64,000 nt of DNA from an uncultured Candidatus Saccharibacteria bacterium (lineage in GTDB: Bacteria; Patescibacteriota; Minisyncoccia; Phycocordibacterales; UBA918). The notes below the pieces were generated by a model, which ran no database searches, was not told where the DNA came from, and worked only from the letters and a program-made list of their open reading frames with translations. The translations under genes and the position numbers were made by a program. The stretch spans positions 34,334 to 98,333 of the forward strand of contig CAYXYJ010000001.1 of NCBI GenBank assembly GCA_964469295.1, in the 5' to 3' direction. The stretch's first letter is position 1. Each line of letters begins with the position of its first letter. This document shows, one piece after another, positions 1 to 10,500 of the stretch.

Positions 1-637
1 GTATAATAGCAACGAGTACCGTACCAGTCACTACAGAACGAACCGATTTAGTGATTCGATCAAGAATAATCTGATCTTCGGTGTCTTTAAGAGGACTGAC
101 GGAAATCAGCCACGCAACTAAGCGATCACCATCACGAAATAGATAAAATGATCCAAACATCGCTATAAGAAACGTAAAAACAACAGAAATAGTGCCGGTA
201 AAGATGGTACCTAGACTACCAGCAAACCAAGACATACTTTGCCGAAGTTGTTCAGAAACATTTATATCAAAACCGGGGATGTAGGTTTGAATAGTCGTTT
301 CAATGCCTTGCAACAACGTATCAACTTCCAGTTGCCCAGAGTTATCAAACGATCGATAAAAAGAAACAATTTCGTGTACGAGCAACGATGACATTAGCGA
401 CACTGGGGTAACAATGGCCAGAAACACCACAATAGTGGCCAAGAATGCAGCCAAGCTTTTTTTGCCACGAGCAATATACTGCAATATAAACTTATACAAG
501 GGGTAACAAATAACGACAATAATTGCAGATAAGGACAGCGCGCTTACAAATGGCGCAAACATTTGCCATGTAAAAAAACTTACAGCACCAAGCGTAATAA
601 AGAAGAACAAATATTCAATGAACTGACTATTGACCAT
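1..637 (-). CDS. AI-2E family transporter (PerM/YhhT-like), N-terminal part; gene continues past the window start
   Basis: Minus-strand ORF from ATG (revcomp of 635-637) to the window edge. It translates MVNSQFIEYLFFFITLGAVSFFTWQMFAPFVSALSLSAIIVVICYPLY...LFRDGDRLVAWLISVSP. Several hydrophobic helices and the FRDGDRL-type motif are typical of the AI-2E/UPF0118 permease family. It is absent from the ORF track only because it is truncated. Confidence 0.55.
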   Translation of the reverse strand, partial: MVNSQFIEYLFFFITLGAVSFFTWQMFAPFVSALSLSAIIVVICYPLYKFILQYIARGKKSLAAFLATIVVFLAIVTPVSLMSSLLVHEIVSFYRSFDNSGQLEVDTLLQGIETTIQTYIPGFDINVSEQLRQSMSWFAGSLGTIFTGTISVVFTFLIAMFGSFYLFRDGDRLVAWLISVSPLKDTEDQIILDRITKSVRSVVTGTVLVAII

Positions 638-799
638 AGTTTCTATATGTATTACCACTATACCAATAAATAATATATGCGCCTAGTCAGTATTTGACCA
701 AAACACGGTATAAGTTAGTAAAATCAAATTGGGTGTGTTACCAGGACTTTGAAATTGGTTAACTGCACAAATAACATTCACAGGTTGCTTCAATGATCA

Positions 800-1351
800 T
801 TATTGCGCCGTCAGCAGTGACTCCACCAGGGTTTTCATAGCGTCTTTGGTAAGCGGTTGGCGTTCATGAGTGACGAGCGCCCCTTCGCTGTCATACACTA
901 GTGTTTCGGGCATGGCATAACCGCCAACTTGTCCATAAAAATTATCCGTCGTATCAATGACTATAGTGAGGTGTGGCAATGGTGGCATGGTACTGAGAAA
1001 TCGTTCCGCTACATCTTTGGTTTCCTTACGATTGAGTGCAATAAAGGTAATACCGCGATTTTGATATTCACCAGCGATTTCATTTAGAGCAATGAGTTCA
1101 TCTCGTGATAACGGGCTCCAACTAGCCCAAGAGTTAATGTAGAGAATTTGATTGGTGTACGATTCGAGCGACACTTCTTCGCCTTGCATACCAATATATC
1201 GAACCAGTTCAGGGTTGCCAAATAATGCATCTTCAAGTGCTGACGGGGGTTGGTTATTTGTATACACACGATATGTCGCATAGCCCACCGCGCCAGCAAC
1301 AATAAGAATGCCAGACAGAACCAGGATTGCCTGTTTGCGCTCACGTACCAT
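800..1351 (-). CDS. TlpA/ResA-like thioredoxin-fold protein lacking both active-site cysteines (WASWSPLS instead of WASWCGPC)
   Basis: 183 aa with an N-terminal TM/signal (ILVLSGILIVAGAVGYA). The redoxin-like core NSWASWSPLSRDELIALNEIAGEYQNRGITFIALN...MPETLVYDSEGALV aligns with the TlpA/ResA pattern. The CXXC motif is replaced by SPLS. Confidence 0.6.
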   Translation of the reverse strand: MVRERKQAILVLSGILIVAGAVGYATYRVYTNNQPPSALEDALFGNPELVRYIGMQGEEVSLESYTNQILYINSWASWSPLSRDELIALNEIAGEYQNRGITFIALNRKETKDVAERFLSTMPPLPHLTIVIDTTDNFYGQVGGYAMPETLVYDSEGALVTHERQPLTKDAMKTLVESLLTAQ

Positions 1352-1354
1352 ACA

Positions 1355-1840
1355 CTAGCCTTTTATATACAGCTCAAAGTCATCAGGAGTTTCTCCTGGC
1401 TCAGCCTCTATAAGATTAAGTTCTATTGGTTGTCCGTTAAAGGTAGCTTGTAGCGTGGCTTGATTGCTGGCAGTAGCAGATACCATAAACCGCTGTATGG
1501 TTACGACTTGGGCGCATGTATCGGCGTCATTTTTTACCCCAAAAGCAAACGTAACTTGTTCCGGGTGTGATTCCGCAACGCGAGAATCGTACGTCAACAA
1601 ATCACATGGCGTTGGCATTGGAACTTCACCAACGATGGTATGTACACCATCAATATAAAAGTGTTTGGCATCAATACGCGTAATACCATACGTATCAACA
1701 TTTTGTGTGTCAGTGTCTGCGGTGTCTTCAGGTGACGGCGCGGTCGCTTCTTTAGCTAAAAATGTATAGGTAAACATTCCAGCAACAATGGCTCCTAATA
1801 GAATAACGACGAGTATAATAGTACGTGATTGCATATACAT
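1355..1840 (-). CDS. small secreted/membrane-anchored hypothetical protein
   Basis: 161 aa with an N-terminal hydrophobic segment IILVVILLGAIVAGMFTYTFL. Its start is 3 nt from the preceding gene's stop. I recognise no motif. Confidence 0.4.
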   Translation of the reverse strand: MYMQSRTIILVVILLGAIVAGMFTYTFLAKEATAPSPEDTADTDTQNVDTYGITRIDAKHFYIDGVHTIVGEVPMPTPCDLLTYDSRVAESHPEQVTFAFGVKNDADTCAQVVTIQRFMVSATASNQATLQATFNGQPIELNLIEAEPGETPDDFELYIKG

Positions 1841-1873
1841 GATATTACTCGAATAAACTTCCTAATTATTATA

Positions 1874-3535
1874 TCACTGTTTTTCCACTGCGTCCCGACC
1901 AACGTATATAACAATGTCAATCGGGAGTGCAGTGTCCGATTCTACCGATGATAGCGGTGCGCCACTGAAAAATTTACTTAATTCTAGAGCAGTTGATAAT
2001 GCCGACGGTCGAAATACAATAACCGTTCGGTTTTCAACGGTAGATTCGTCTACTGTAAGTGATTCAATGGCATATCCTGCCTCAATTAACCGTAGCTTTT
2101 GTACTGCAGCAGTACCAGGTATACCGCTTCGATTAGTAATAGCAATAGTACTACTAGTGATATTTGACACAACTATGTTTTGATTGTTTTCTGCTAACTT
2201 TTCGAAATACACGTCTTCTGATGAGAGTGTCTTGGCCGATCCGTCATGCATGACACTCACTTCATACGATACCGTATCAATAGTCATGCGATGAATAATA
2301 ATTACTATCCCAACAATCACCCCAACAAGAATCAGACAGCCCATGAAAAACAATCTATAGGTGTAGAGCGAGCGCACCAGCGAACGTAACCGATGCGTAA
2401 AAATATCATGATTACGCCACGAATTTATCATGTCATCTACCCCAACCCGCACTGGAGCGGTGACGGTTTGGTAGCGACTGATGACGACGGTATTTTTCTG
2501 TGAACTGGCCACTCGTTTTGAGTAGTAATAATCACGATGGTCGCTAGATAACGCGATCATTCTTTTTACATAACGACGGACAAGGATAGACAAAATATAA
2601 AACGCTAACGCAAAACCAACAACAACAACCAGTATAACTTTATAGGGGAAAACCCAAAAATACGTTGTGCTCGTGGCAAACTGTTTTGATTCATCGCCAT
2701 AGCCAACCGTAGCCACTGCTTTATATCGACCTATATCAAATAATGAGGTATTACTCTGCCAATCAAACGAAAATTTTCTTACGCTATTAGGCAATACATT
2801 TCCAAAACGTGTCTGATAATTAATCGGAATTTCTCCCCGAAGATTACCCCACATGTTGTATACATTGATGTTGCCTTGTGGTCGTAAATGAACATTGCCT
2901 TTATTTTCAAAGCGCAAATCAAAAGTGGTACCAGCTTTTTCCATAATAGTATGGGAAGTGGTGAATTCTCGAATGTCACCAGATTCAATAACATCTCCGG
3001 CTACACGAATAAAAAATAACGACGTAACAAATTGTGCCGTCTGCACTGATGATTCGCCCTCCGGTTCGTTAGTTGTGGGTTTCGTTCCCACCAAAACCGC
3101 AGCGTAGTGTCCACCTGGGGTAGCGTCAGCCGGTACAGCGACAGAAATAGGAATGGTCACAGTTTGTTGTTTTGGAACAACAATAGCTTCAGAAGAAATT
3201 TTCATCCATTCACCGAGTGTTGTATTCTTGGTTTCATTTGTATTGATCGGCACAAAATCACCACGCCCGTCTTCTCCCTGCGGTTCAAAGTTGTAAATCT
3301 CGGGATAGACTGTTAAATCGTATAAATTTACATTAACGATTCGTAATTCACTTTGCCATACTTGTCCCGGATTAGCTTTTACTTCAAAAAGCGTCGGGGA
3401 AATACTTAAGGTCTGACTTTCTGGCGATTCTTGTGCGAGAACTAACAGTGGCGTACAACAAAGCACGACAAAAAGCAACAAGATTGTTGCCAGTGTACGT
3501 AGAGAAAAACTAGCGGTCTTTAAGGTTAACATCAT
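1874..3535 (-). CDS. B-family paralog B1: signal peptide + DUF916-like two-domain ectodomain + TM + cytoplasmic loop + TM + C-terminal LytR_C-like domain
   Basis: 553 aa. Signal peptide LLLFVVLCCTPLLVLAQESP. The ectodomain shares the B-family pattern (...NPGQVW...LGEWMKIS...VPADATPGGHYAAVLVG...). TM VILVVVVGFALAFYILSILV is followed by a basic stretch RRYVKR. A second TM is LFFMGCLILVGVIVGIVIII. The C-terminal ~150 aa (NIVVSNITSSTIAITNRSGIPGTAAVQKLRLIEAGYAIESL...IDIVIYVGRDA) resembles the LytR_C (LCP C-terminal) domain pattern. Confidence 0.55.
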   Translation of the reverse strand: MMLTLKTASFSLRTLATILLLFVVLCCTPLLVLAQESPESQTLSISPTLFEVKANPGQVWQSELRIVNVNLYDLTVYPEIYNFEPQGEDGRGDFVPINTNETKNTTLGEWMKISSEAIVVPKQQTVTIPISVAVPADATPGGHYAAVLVGTKPTTNEPEGESSVQTAQFVTSLFFIRVAGDVIESGDIREFTTSHTIMEKAGTTFDLRFENKGNVHLRPQGNINVYNMWGNLRGEIPINYQTRFGNVLPNSVRKFSFDWQSNTSLFDIGRYKAVATVGYGDESKQFATSTTYFWVFPYKVILVVVVGFALAFYILSILVRRYVKRMIALSSDHRDYYYSKRVASSQKNTVVISRYQTVTAPVRVGVDDMINSWRNHDIFTHRLRSLVRSLYTYRLFFMGCLILVGVIVGIVIIIHRMTIDTVSYEVSVMHDGSAKTLSSEDVYFEKLAENNQNIVVSNITSSTIAITNRSGIPGTAAVQKLRLIEAGYAIESLTVDESTVENRTVIVFRPSALSTALELSKFFSGAPLSSVESDTALPIDIVIYVGRDAVEKQ

Positions 3536-4586
3536 GATCGTGATGATTACTTTCTAAACCGGTTCTCACATATACTGGTACCGAATCATCATGATCGGTA
3601 TGATCAATATCGTGATGAGTGCGACGATAATATAACCACGTAAGGACGGCTGATATAAAAAGCAACGCACCAAGTAATGTCACTAAAAAGTATAATGGCA
3701 CAACAGTAAAAAAAGTAGTGTCATACAAAGAGGCTTTTTGCTTTTCACCGTAGGTTAAATTTAAGAAAGCTTTATGACGACCAAAATGATGGGTATTTGG
3801 TAGCGGTTCAGTAAAGGTTTTTTGTTCACTTGGAGCAAGACTTATTTGATCGCTATTGAGTGGTACGGCACCAACTTCTTTTCCACGTACGTCATATAAA
3901 ATTACTTCACCTGAAGGCACTAGAGGAATGTCACCGGTATTTTCAAGTTCATATGTCACACTAGCGTCATTGATATCAGTCACATAACGATCAACAGTAA
4001 AGCGGTGTAACCGCAAATATTCCGATGTTGTATCAGTCACATCGATACGAACAGTCACACCCGGAGCGACGCCAGAGGCAACAATACGTTCAGCTTCGTC
4101 ACGTTTATCACCCTCAGCAAAGCCGATAAACGCGTAATATTCACCCGGCTTCGCGTTTGGGTTGATGGTGACTGATAATGGAATGCGAATCGTTTCGCCG
4201 GGAGCTAATTCTATTCGAGCTCTGGAAATTGCCAACCAACTTGCCACATTAGTGGTTTGGTCGGTCATGACAGGTGCAATAAATTCTTCAATTTTTCCAT
4301 CGATACCGAGAGTAATCGCATTTACTGTTGGAAAAATTTTTACCGGTACTGACCCTTGATTGGTTAATTTAATTTCTTCAACAATAGAACCTCGTGGTTC
4401 AAGTTCGTGTTCGATTACTCGGGGAGTGATTGCGTAAGAACTAGCAAAAAGCAGGTGTGGCAAGAAAAGAAAACTACCTACTATGAAAAGTAGTCTAGTA
4501 GACAGGAAGGGCAATGTAAACAATTTCAGTTTCATAATCACCGGCCGGTTGAGCTGACCTAACCAATACTCGATATAGCATATCAT
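3510..4586 (-). CDS. B-family paralog B2 (DUF916-like surface protein with C-terminal TM anchor and His/Asp-rich tail)
   Basis: ORF of 358 aa. The likely true start is the internal Met at nt 4535 (MKLKLFTLPFLSTRLLFIVGSFLFLPHLLFASSYA is a signal peptide). Two beta-rich domains are followed by TM LYFLVTLLGALLFISAVLTWLYY and a tail RRTHHDIDHTDHDD. It overlaps the 3' end of the 2049-aa gene and overlaps B1 by 26 nt, which suggests translational coupling. Confidence 0.55.
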   Translation of the reverse strand: MICYIEYWLGQLNRPVIMKLKLFTLPFLSTRLLFIVGSFLFLPHLLFASSYAITPRVIEHELEPRGSIVEEIKLTNQGSVPVKIFPTVNAITLGIDGKIEEFIAPVMTDQTTNVASWLAISRARIELAPGETIRIPLSVTINPNAKPGEYYAFIGFAEGDKRDEAERIVASGVAPGVTVRIDVTDTTSEYLRLHRFTVDRYVTDINDASVTYELENTGDIPLVPSGEVILYDVRGKEVGAVPLNSDQISLAPSEQKTFTEPLPNTHHFGRHKAFLNLTYGEKQKASLYDTTFFTVVPLYFLVTLLGALLFISAVLTWLYYRRTHHDIDHTDHDDSVPVYVRTGLESNHHDHDVNLKDR

Positions 4587-7500
4587 GAGATTCGTTCCCC
4601 GGGATAGGGCTATACATAATTTCAGCTAGTGCAGTGTGTAACCCAGCATAACTATCAAGCGGAGAAAACCGGGTTGATCCGTTTAATAAGGTCGCGTCAG
4701 TACTGTGATAGCCGACACAACCCGTCGCACTCGCTGTACAGCCAGTACTCCACCCAACGGGTATTGCATTTGATCCCGTGACAGATGGAATTGATACACC
4801 ATACGAATTTATAAGTTGTTGTCTAGCATACGTATAAATGCGGTACCCATCAGTGGCGTTTGTCGTGATACCAATACGATGCGCGGCGTACACATTTGTA
4901 TTAGGAGCAATCGAACCAAAGGCAATAGCGGTCGGCGTCGTCGACACCGTTGTAGTAACTCCAGCGGTTGACGTACCACTCGGTAAACCACTGACGGTAA
5001 AAGACAACTTTGGAGTTTCTGCCACCAAACTTGGGTACACTTCCCCACTCGCTGCTGGCACAGGTAGGTTTTCATAGACATCGTATAAACGGAAATAGTA
5101 CACTGCACCAGCCCGAGCTGCTGCGTGCTTTAAATAAAAAGCATATTCAGCATTTGCGCCAGCATTGTGTGTATGACCAGCAGCATACACCGCCGAACGA
5201 TTATGTGTCCCACAACCAGAACCAACAGCACTCACACAAGTATCTGCGTCAGATAATACTTTTGTTGTAATGGTAGCATTTTCTTGACCGCCACCATCGG
5301 CATAACACCAGGTCGAAGTGGCCGTGCAGCTGGATGAAGCAACGAGTGTTGTTGGATGGGTAAAGTTAGGATCTTCGTCATATTGCAAACTAAATTTAGT
5401 ATCAATGCCACGAACATGTTTTTGTTCACCAACAGTTACTCGTAACGCAATCACATTTCCATTTTGTACTTCTGTTGGTGCCACTATTTCATTAGCCATA
5501 GCCGTTGCCGGAGTTTCGTTTTGCGCATCATCGTAAAATCGCCAATTTTTTGTTTGCGGGGTAAAACCAGCAGTGCGTATTTGTGGATAATTGAAATACC
5601 CATCAAGAGGCGTTCCATCAGCATGTACCATGCGGAAACAGTAAACACTTTTTTCAGCCGCGCCGTTTTGTTCAACAAACCACTCATATTCAACATCTTC
5701 GCCAGCGTCAACCGGATACGGGTTACTTGGTGACGTACCATCTTCAATCAAACTACCGACTCGATCGGATACCGAAATAAGTAGTTCACCGGGGTTGGGT
5801 GGATTGCTTCCAATTGATACGCCATCAGTCGTGCCGGTCGCCGCATAACCACGCCATAGTTCGCCACTTCCAGCATCACCCAAATTAGTCCACGAACCAA
5901 CCGTCGCACACGAAGTAGTTCGTAACCCGTATTGCAAACGGAAAACATACAGTCCGCTTGGTAAGGTGGCGTTGGCTACTCGCAATGTCATACGTAACCG
6001 TACGTGTTCATTTTCGCCAAGCGGACTGTCGGTAACAGTAATTGGACTATTTTCACCTAAATCGGTGACACCCGGTGGCCATGGATCAGTGGGGGTTACC
6101 GTATTGTTATCAGCATATAAACGATAGTAGTTTTGACGCACTGCTAATCCCGATGTTGGCCATTCGACAATTTCTGAACGAAATACCATGTCCGCCGAAG
6201 CTTCACTTCGCCAAACTTCGTATGTACTTGTTGAAGTGATTCGCGCCCCAGCAAATACCAAGGGGAAATTTGAATTAGCACCAACCACTCGTGAGGTAGC
6301 GAATATCGATGTGTTGTCCGTAGCAGACACTGGATCAATGATGCTTTGCGATAGGACATAGGGTTCACTATTGCTACTAGGGATAGTGAGCTTTTCACGT
6401 GACGTAACCATTGCACCAGCGCTTGTTTGCATGTTTTCAATTACCCAAGCTACAGACGTATGACCACTCGGTGTCGTAGCAGCGCTTTCCAACTGAAACG
6501 AAACAGCGCCAATGCTGGACAACCATACTTCATGACCAAAATTGTTAACGTTAGACAAATTACTTATTCGCTTTTGCGCGTGAATAAATGTCCGCTCAAG
6601 GCTATTGACGGGATTCATTGCTTCGGTTTCGGTAATGGTTGACGAGGCATAGGTGTGTTCAATTCGCTGCACATTCCAGTTAATTCCGCTGTATTCAACA
6701 ACAGCGTAACTTACATCGACAATTGCACCCGTAGAACCACGTAAAAATGTCGGGAGATTATTGTTTGCGTCCCAGTTGGTAGTCACTTGACTGGCATAAA
6801 AGAAATTTCGACCAGTATTGCGATTTTGTATACCGGTAATAAACACCACTACATCAGCATCATCAGTCACACCACTAACCGTTGTGCCCGTCGCGGATGT
6901 GCTGGCACTCGCTAAACTCATTGTGCCAGTACCCAACACTTTCATTTCGTTATCAGTACCGGGGTCGGCAATAAACTCCACAATTTCCCATGTAACACGG
7001 GTATTATTAATCGCCGTTGTCGGCCGAGAAATTGTAAAACTAGTCAATAAGTTGCTTTGACTGATATAGGCAGTAGTATCGTCAGCATTTTGCGCACCAC
7101 CACCAGCGGTTACTTTTCCGGCTCCAGTGAAGTGAGTGTCCGTGATCCGCACAAAGGCAGTTGACGTACTACTTGGTGCCACATAATCGACACCAGCCAC
7201 TAAGGTTGTGCTGGTGCCGGTGACCACGGCCACTCCTTGTTGTACTTTAAAATCTCGTTTTGGTGCCGTTCTTATTTCGGCGTAATTTGTATACTGCGGA
7301 AGCATTTCTCCTCCACCAGTTAACCGAAAACAATATGCCGAATCTACCAACGTTATATTAGTAGAAGTAATACTAAATTCAAATTCAGTGTATTCATTTG
7401 TTGCGAGCACTAGAGCAGTGGTAGTTGATGTGGTATCACGGACTCCGGCATTACTTACCAAAAAATTAACGTTTTCGTCAGTAATTCCCCCATTTCCGTT

Positions 7501-10500
7501 GGCAATATTTGTTGTATTGTTACCATTAGTAATATTTATTGAATCATACATATCCCAATCATCTGTAGCACTTCCTACTGGCGTCCATACAGCGACCATA
7601 TCGCACGTTGTTACTTTCGGTCCAAATTCTAATCGGTACGTTCGTGATACTGATGTGGCATAGCCTTCGTTACTAATACCAATACGTAAACGAATTGGAG
7701 TATTGGCAGAATGATTGGTTAGTGGAGTATTTTCCATACCAAGCGTAGCTGACGTCGCTCCAGTTTCATTCCCGTTATCGTTACGCCAGTGATAATTCGT
7801 CTGGGTAATGATTGAACCGGATAAAGTAGTTGTGCCTGTTAAGGTTATCGATTCTGACGGTGACACAGATCCACTTGATACCACCACATCATTGGTTGGT
7901 GACTGTATACCAATATGAATCGTTTCCCCATTGTGAGCACCGGCTTCCACATCAAAAACCGCATAAATACACATGGTGGTAGTGGTACTAATACCCACCG
8001 AACCCGAAAACGTCGACGTTCCATTGGGCCCAGAAAAACCATCAGCGTCGGTAGTGCCAAATTGTGACTCACTGCCACTATATGATTCACTGGTACAGTC
8101 GTATGGTGCAGTAGTGTCGAGGTCGTAGCGGAGTTTTATGTTCTTTAGGTTGGTGTTGGCGTTGATGGTACCATCTTCGGCGATGGTGATATTCGAAACG
8201 GTTCTTGTGCTTACATTTTCTTTTATGACAAATTTTCCACCAACATAGGCATTGGTTGTTGGAACAATGAGTGACGATACTTGTGTACCGGTAGCCGCCA
8301 CCGATACATCAGCCGCAATCGTCGCACTCGGGTACCGGTCATACACAGGCAATGCTTGACCATTGTCAGTCAAGCGAAAACAATATGTCGTTCCTTCGTG
8401 TGCACTCGTCGATGCAACAATAGAAAATTCTAATTCAACAAAATTTGTGCTGGTTAATGTTAATGATCCAGTTTCTGACGATGTGTCACGGATACCATCA
8501 TTTGGTGTTAAAAACGTAGTGTTTTCGTCAGTCACCCCCCCGTTCCCAACCGCAATATTGGTAGTGTTGTTGCCGTTGGTCACAAACGATGAATTATACA
8601 TATTCCATGCGTCATTGGTCGCATTCACATCAATCCAAGACGCCGCGGCTTCACAAGTTGGAGCGGCTGTAGCATATTCCAAACGAAAACGAGTTGTGGT
8701 GGCAGTAATCGAACCTTCATTTGAAACCTGTACACGTAGCCGTCGTGGCGAGTTTGCCAGTAATGTTGATAAATCAGTATCTTGTACCCCACCAGTGACA
8801 GAAGTCGCGCCGGTTTCATTCCCGTCATCATTTCGCCAATGATAATGAGTTTGTGTAAACTTACTGTTTTTAATTACAGTGCTTGAAGCTATTTGAACCG
8901 CCGTAATCGGCATGACGGTTTGTCCACCAGTCACCACTACATCGTTATTTGGTGATTCTATAGTAATAGACAGCGTATCGCCATCAACGGCTGTCTTTGA
9001 TACATCTACAACTGCATAGACACACATGCTTTGGGTTGGAGAAATACTTACTAATCCCGAAAACGTCGACGTTCCATTGGACCCAGAAAAACCATCAGCG
9101 TCGGTAGTGCCAAATTGTGACTCACTGCCACTATATGATTCACTGGTACAGTCGTATGGTGCAGTAGTGTCGAGGTCGTAGCGGAGTTTTATGTTCTTTA
9201 GGTTGGTGTTGGCGTTGACGGTGCCTCGTTCGGTAACGGTAATTGTTGTGACATTGCGACTCGCTTGACTTTCGCGTATCGCATATTGACCACCAACATA
9301 CACATTGGAAGAGCTTGCGATGACCGTGCTGGTGGCGGTGCCGTTAGCGTACACTTTTACGGCCGGAGCAATATCAGCAATCGTATCACCGAACATATCA
9401 TCCGGCGACGGGTCATACCATGAGATAAAAATACGTTCATCGCTCATGGTGTTCATATCTAATCCACGAAAGTCTCCCGCTGTACTATTTACTGGACCTT
9501 GAGCCGTTGACCATGACGACATTGCGGATGTCGATGTCGACCAGTAGACATTACCGGTAGTAGCAGTGGCAGGCGTAGTGCGAAGTACATAACCAACGTA
9601 AATATTGTTGGTATTCGTATCCATTGATACTGCCACCATCGTTAATCCTCTTGAAGCAATATTTGTAAAAACATCAGCAGTATTTGACCACGCGTTTGAA
9701 GAATATTTTGCTGTTCTAATGTCATGATCAAGAGTGGTGAATTGATCATTATCGGCAGCATATACCAAATACACATCACCAGAGACAGGATCAACCGTTG
9801 CCGCCATACCAGTGTCGTATGTCGCATTTTCTATAGCGTTGGCATCAAATGTTGTCCAAAGTCCAGACCAACTTGCACCGTTCCAAACCCGAGATCTCAT
9901 GTCATCAGCAGACGTATCTCGATTGATAATCATCACTTTACCACCAAGCAACGGTACGAGTAAATTCCAATCATTGGTCACATCCAAAAAGGCACTTCCC
10001 GCTTCAGTCCAATTTGCAGTATTGTTACAGGTTGTAGAACAATGAACCACAAACGCGTCAGATGCGTCAGCGGTGGCAATAAGTACATCACCGGTAGTAC
10101 TTTTCGTCATTGTGATGTTATTGGTTCCAACTGCCAACGTGGGCACTTGTCCAGAATTGGTCGTGGCATTTACTGGTGACGACCCCAACCATAAAGTATC
10201 GCTTGTTGTATCCAAACGATTGTAATACAAACTATCAGCTGCAGCTGACGTTTCCATAGTGGCAATATGGATATAGTTTCCGCTATCACCTGGCGTCCAC
10301 TGATCATACCAAACCACCATACTGCCACAGTCCGTACGAGCGTCCACAGTAACAGCGCTATTCCAACTTGTACCTCCGGTAGTAGTTTTACTATAAACAC
10401 ATGACCCGTTACTATCCCGATAGAATTTATACCCCACGGTATCAGAAACAAACACGGTTTGTGAACCACCAAAAAAATAGGAGTTGGCATCGGTGCTTGT

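Noticed and set aside
7227-9327. Diversity-generating retroelement (template/variable repeat) as explanation for the near-identical 164-bp repeats
   Set aside because: The two copies differ by a single G/A rather than the adenine-specific pattern of VR/TR pairs. Both copies are coding. No reverse transcriptase or accessory gene is present anywhere in the window.
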